The notes below the pieces were generated by a model, which was not told where the DNA came from, did no database searches, and saw only the letters and a list, made by a program, of their open reading frames with translations. Positions 62,111 to 64,000 of a stretch of 64,000 bases of DNA are shown piece after piece. Numbering within the stretch: position 1 is the first letter of the stretch; every line of letters starts with the position of its first letter. Source of the stretch: Truepera sp. (lineage in GTDB: Bacteria > Deinococcota > Deinococci > Deinococcales > Trueperaceae); the NCBI GenBank assembly GCA_965218435.1, contig CBDCKW010000009.1:3008001-3072000 (forward strand), in the 5' to 3' direction. The translations under genes were made by a program, and so were the position numbers.

Positions 62111-62662
62111 ATGGACGCCTCGAGAGGCATATTTCAAGCGAGCGTCGAGGACTACCTCGAGGGTGAAAAAGACGCCGCCGTCAAACACGAATACGTTCGC
62201 GGTGAAGTCTTTGCACTCCCCGGAGCCAGCGACGTGCATAACACCATCGCGCTCAACCTCGCACTCGCGCTGACGCCCGCTGCACGACAAAAAGACTGCC
62301 GCGTATACGCCAGCGATATAAAAGTTCGTGTGGGTGAAATCTTTTACTACCCGGATGTCACGTTCGTTTGCGACGACAGTTCCGACCCCTATTACAAAGA
62401 CAACTCGTGTGTGCTGGTCGAAGTCCTGAGCCCGAGCACCCTGCGTACCGACACGAATGAAAAGCGTTACCACTACTTGGAGCTGCCGAGTCTGAAGTTG
62501 TACCTCTTGGTAGACAGCCGCCGCCGGTTCGTGTGGGGCTACTACCGGACAAAAACGGGCTGGGACGAGCGAGTCTTTACCGAGGGGGAGCGTGTTCCGG
62601 TTCCTTGCGCCGACACTGAGCTGAAGGTGGCGGATATCTATGTCCAAACTCCTTATCGCTAA
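62111..62662 (+). CDS. Uma2 (DUF820) family endonuclease-fold protein
   Basis: KHEYVRGEVFA, HN.I..N, YYPDV, VEVLSPST...D..EK...Y..LPSL..YLLV; ATG 62111 lies 6 nt after TACAAT. Confidence 0.92.
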   Translation: MDASRGIFQASVEDYLEGEKDAAVKHEYVRGEVFALPGASDVHNTIALNLALALTPAARQKDCRVYASDIKVRVGEIFYYPDVTFVCDDSSDPYYKDNSCVLVEVLSPSTLRTDTNEKRYHYLELPSLKLYLLVDSRRRFVWGYYRTKTGWDERVFTEGERVPVPCADTELKVADIYVQTPYR

Positions 62663-62673
62663 CCCTTACAGCC

Positions 62674-63792
62674 GTGGACCGTAACGCCGACGCACCGCTC
62701 GAGCGCCGCTTAGAAGAACTCTCGACGCTCAACGCTATCGGCGACATCTTAAACCGTGAGGCGGATTTTTCTATGGCCCTTAACGAGGCGCTTCGAAAAC
62801 TCGTCGAGTTGCTTTCTCTCCGTTCGGGTTGGGTTTTTTTAACACAGGTGGTTCAGGGTGATATGCATCAGGGAACCTTCGCCGTTGCCAGCACGACGGG
62901 CCTCCCACCGGCACTGAGCGAAGCTGCTAACCAGCCGCTCTGTCACGGGTCGTGTGATTGTCAGTGGCTGTTTCGGCAGGGGCAACTCGATACGGGCGTC
63001 AACATCGTCCGCTGTAGCCGTTTGGAGGCTGCGGTAGGGGACAAAGCGGGGCTCGAGCTGCACGCCAGCGTCCCGCTGCTGGGCCGGTCGGGGCCGGTCG
63101 GAATTCTCAACTTAGCCGCCGCAGGCCGGGAAACGTTCGGCGCGGAAACCCTCGCTTTTTTAACAGCGGTTGGGCGGCAGCTCGGCACAGCCTTTGACCG
63201 GGCCTCACTCCTTGCAGCACGGACCGAAGCGGCGCAGCACCTGGCGGTTTTAGAGGAGCGGCAACGCTTCGCCGCCGAGATGCACGACTCGGTCTCGCAG
63301 CTCCTCTTTGCCGCTGAACTGGCGCTCCAAACGGGCGCGGCGGCGCGGGCCGGAGAGCTTGTCACGGACGCACAAAACGAACTGCGGGCGCTCGTCGAAG
63401 TGCTCCGTCCGGCGGAGCTGCCGGGCGGGTTAAAGGCGGCGCTCATCAGGCTTGCGCAGCGTACCGAAGGCGTCATCCGGGTACAGCTCGAGGCTCACCC
63501 ACCCCCCGGTCTCCTGCCCGGGCACGCCCAAACGCTCTACCGCGCCGCGCAAGAAGGCGTCCATAACGCCCTCAAACACGCCCGCGCAACTCGGCTTTGG
63601 CTCCGCTGTGAGACGGTTTCGGGAAGCGTACGGCTGAGCGTCGAAGACGACGGCGTAGGCGTCCCGGACCCGCTAACCGAAGGGTTCGGCCTCCGCAGTT
63701 TGCGAGGCCGCGCCGAAGCTTTAGGTGGCACTTTAACCTTGACGCGTACGGCAAAGGGAACTCGGCTCGAGCTGGCGGTGCCGCTTGACTAA
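62674..63792 (+). CDS. GAF sensor histidine kinase (YhcY/AirS-like, HisKA_3)
   Basis: GAF with LPPALS...LCHGSCDC...NIVRC; H-box ERQRFAAEMHDSVSQ; QEGVHNALKHA, DDGVG, GFGL. Confidence 0.9.
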   Translation: MDRNADAPLERRLEELSTLNAIGDILNREADFSMALNEALRKLVELLSLRSGWVFLTQVVQGDMHQGTFAVASTTGLPPALSEAANQPLCHGSCDCQWLFRQGQLDTGVNIVRCSRLEAAVGDKAGLELHASVPLLGRSGPVGILNLAAAGRETFGAETLAFLTAVGRQLGTAFDRASLLAARTEAAQHLAVLEERQRFAAEMHDSVSQLLFAAELALQTGAAARAGELVTDAQNELRALVEVLRPAELPGGLKAALIRLAQRTEGVIRVQLEAHPPPGLLPGHAQTLYRAAQEGVHNALKHARATRLWLRCETVSGSVRLSVEDDGVGVPDPLTEGFGLRSLRGRAEALGGTLTLTRTAKGTRLELAVPLD

Positions 63793-64000
63793 ACCCGCAC
63801 GCATCTTACTCGTTGACGACCACCCGATTGTCCGCGAAGGGCTCCGGGCGTACCTGTCGCTGCAGCCGGGGCTCGCCGTCGTCGGTGAGGCTGAGAGCGT
63901 CCCGCAAGCTTTAGCTCTGTTAGAACAGACCAACCCTGATTTGGTCCTTTTGGATGTGCAGCTCGAGGGTCAAAGCGGCTTGTCCCTGTTAGAAACGTTG
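63785..64000 (+). CDS. NarL/LuxR-type response regulator, N-terminal part (runs off the window end)
   Basis: Manual translation from TTG 63785: MTKPARILLVDDHPIVREGLRAYL...VVGEAES...PDLVLLDVQL. Confidence 0.9.
   Translation, partial: MTKPARILLVDDHPIVREGLRAYLSLQPGLAVVGEAESVPQALALLEQTNPDLVLLDVQLEGQSGLSLLETL

Noticed and set aside
62111..62662. Uma2 as part of an anti-phage or restriction system
   Set aside because: No methylase or other defence genes adjacent; Uma2 genes are commonly dispersed singletons

Overview
Chromosomal window from a moderately GC-rich bacterium, most likely Deinococcota (Truepera-like). This is inferred from the DUF5693-csaB pair, a Uma2 gene, the substrate-binding proteins, and several genes with a TAnnnT -10 box only 5-7 nt before the start codon. 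Housekeeping content: a partial PAS histidine kinase, pyrG-udk-DUF5693-csaB, a PyrR-attenuated pyrR-pyrB-(DinB)-(RidA)-pyrC operon, a branched-chain 2-oxoacid dehydrogenase operon (E1a/E1b/E2), citrate synthase, a lytic transglycosylase and tRNA-Ile2(CAT). Accessory content: an AraC/GH4/AgpA-like alpha-glycoside locus, two heterodimeric ABC exporters, a sedoheptulokinase-like kinase, CYP152, an ECF sigma/anti-sigma pair, D-aminopeptidases, a VapBC pair and an SDR-QueA-like-SnoaL-Uma2-AirS/YhcY-like two-component cluster. Best candidate for an undescribed system: a small His-rich membrane ORF ending in the ribosome-arrest motif RAPP, directly upstream of a copC-copD-mbnP-mbnH copper operon. It resembles a CruR-type copper-sensing leader but has HxH motifs instead of CxxC. 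Other signals are a strong window-wide excess of the palindrome CTCGAG, two MITE-like families (one remnant just upstream of pyrG) and a membrane-anchored HRDC protein. All calls come from reading motifs by eye; no database searches were run.
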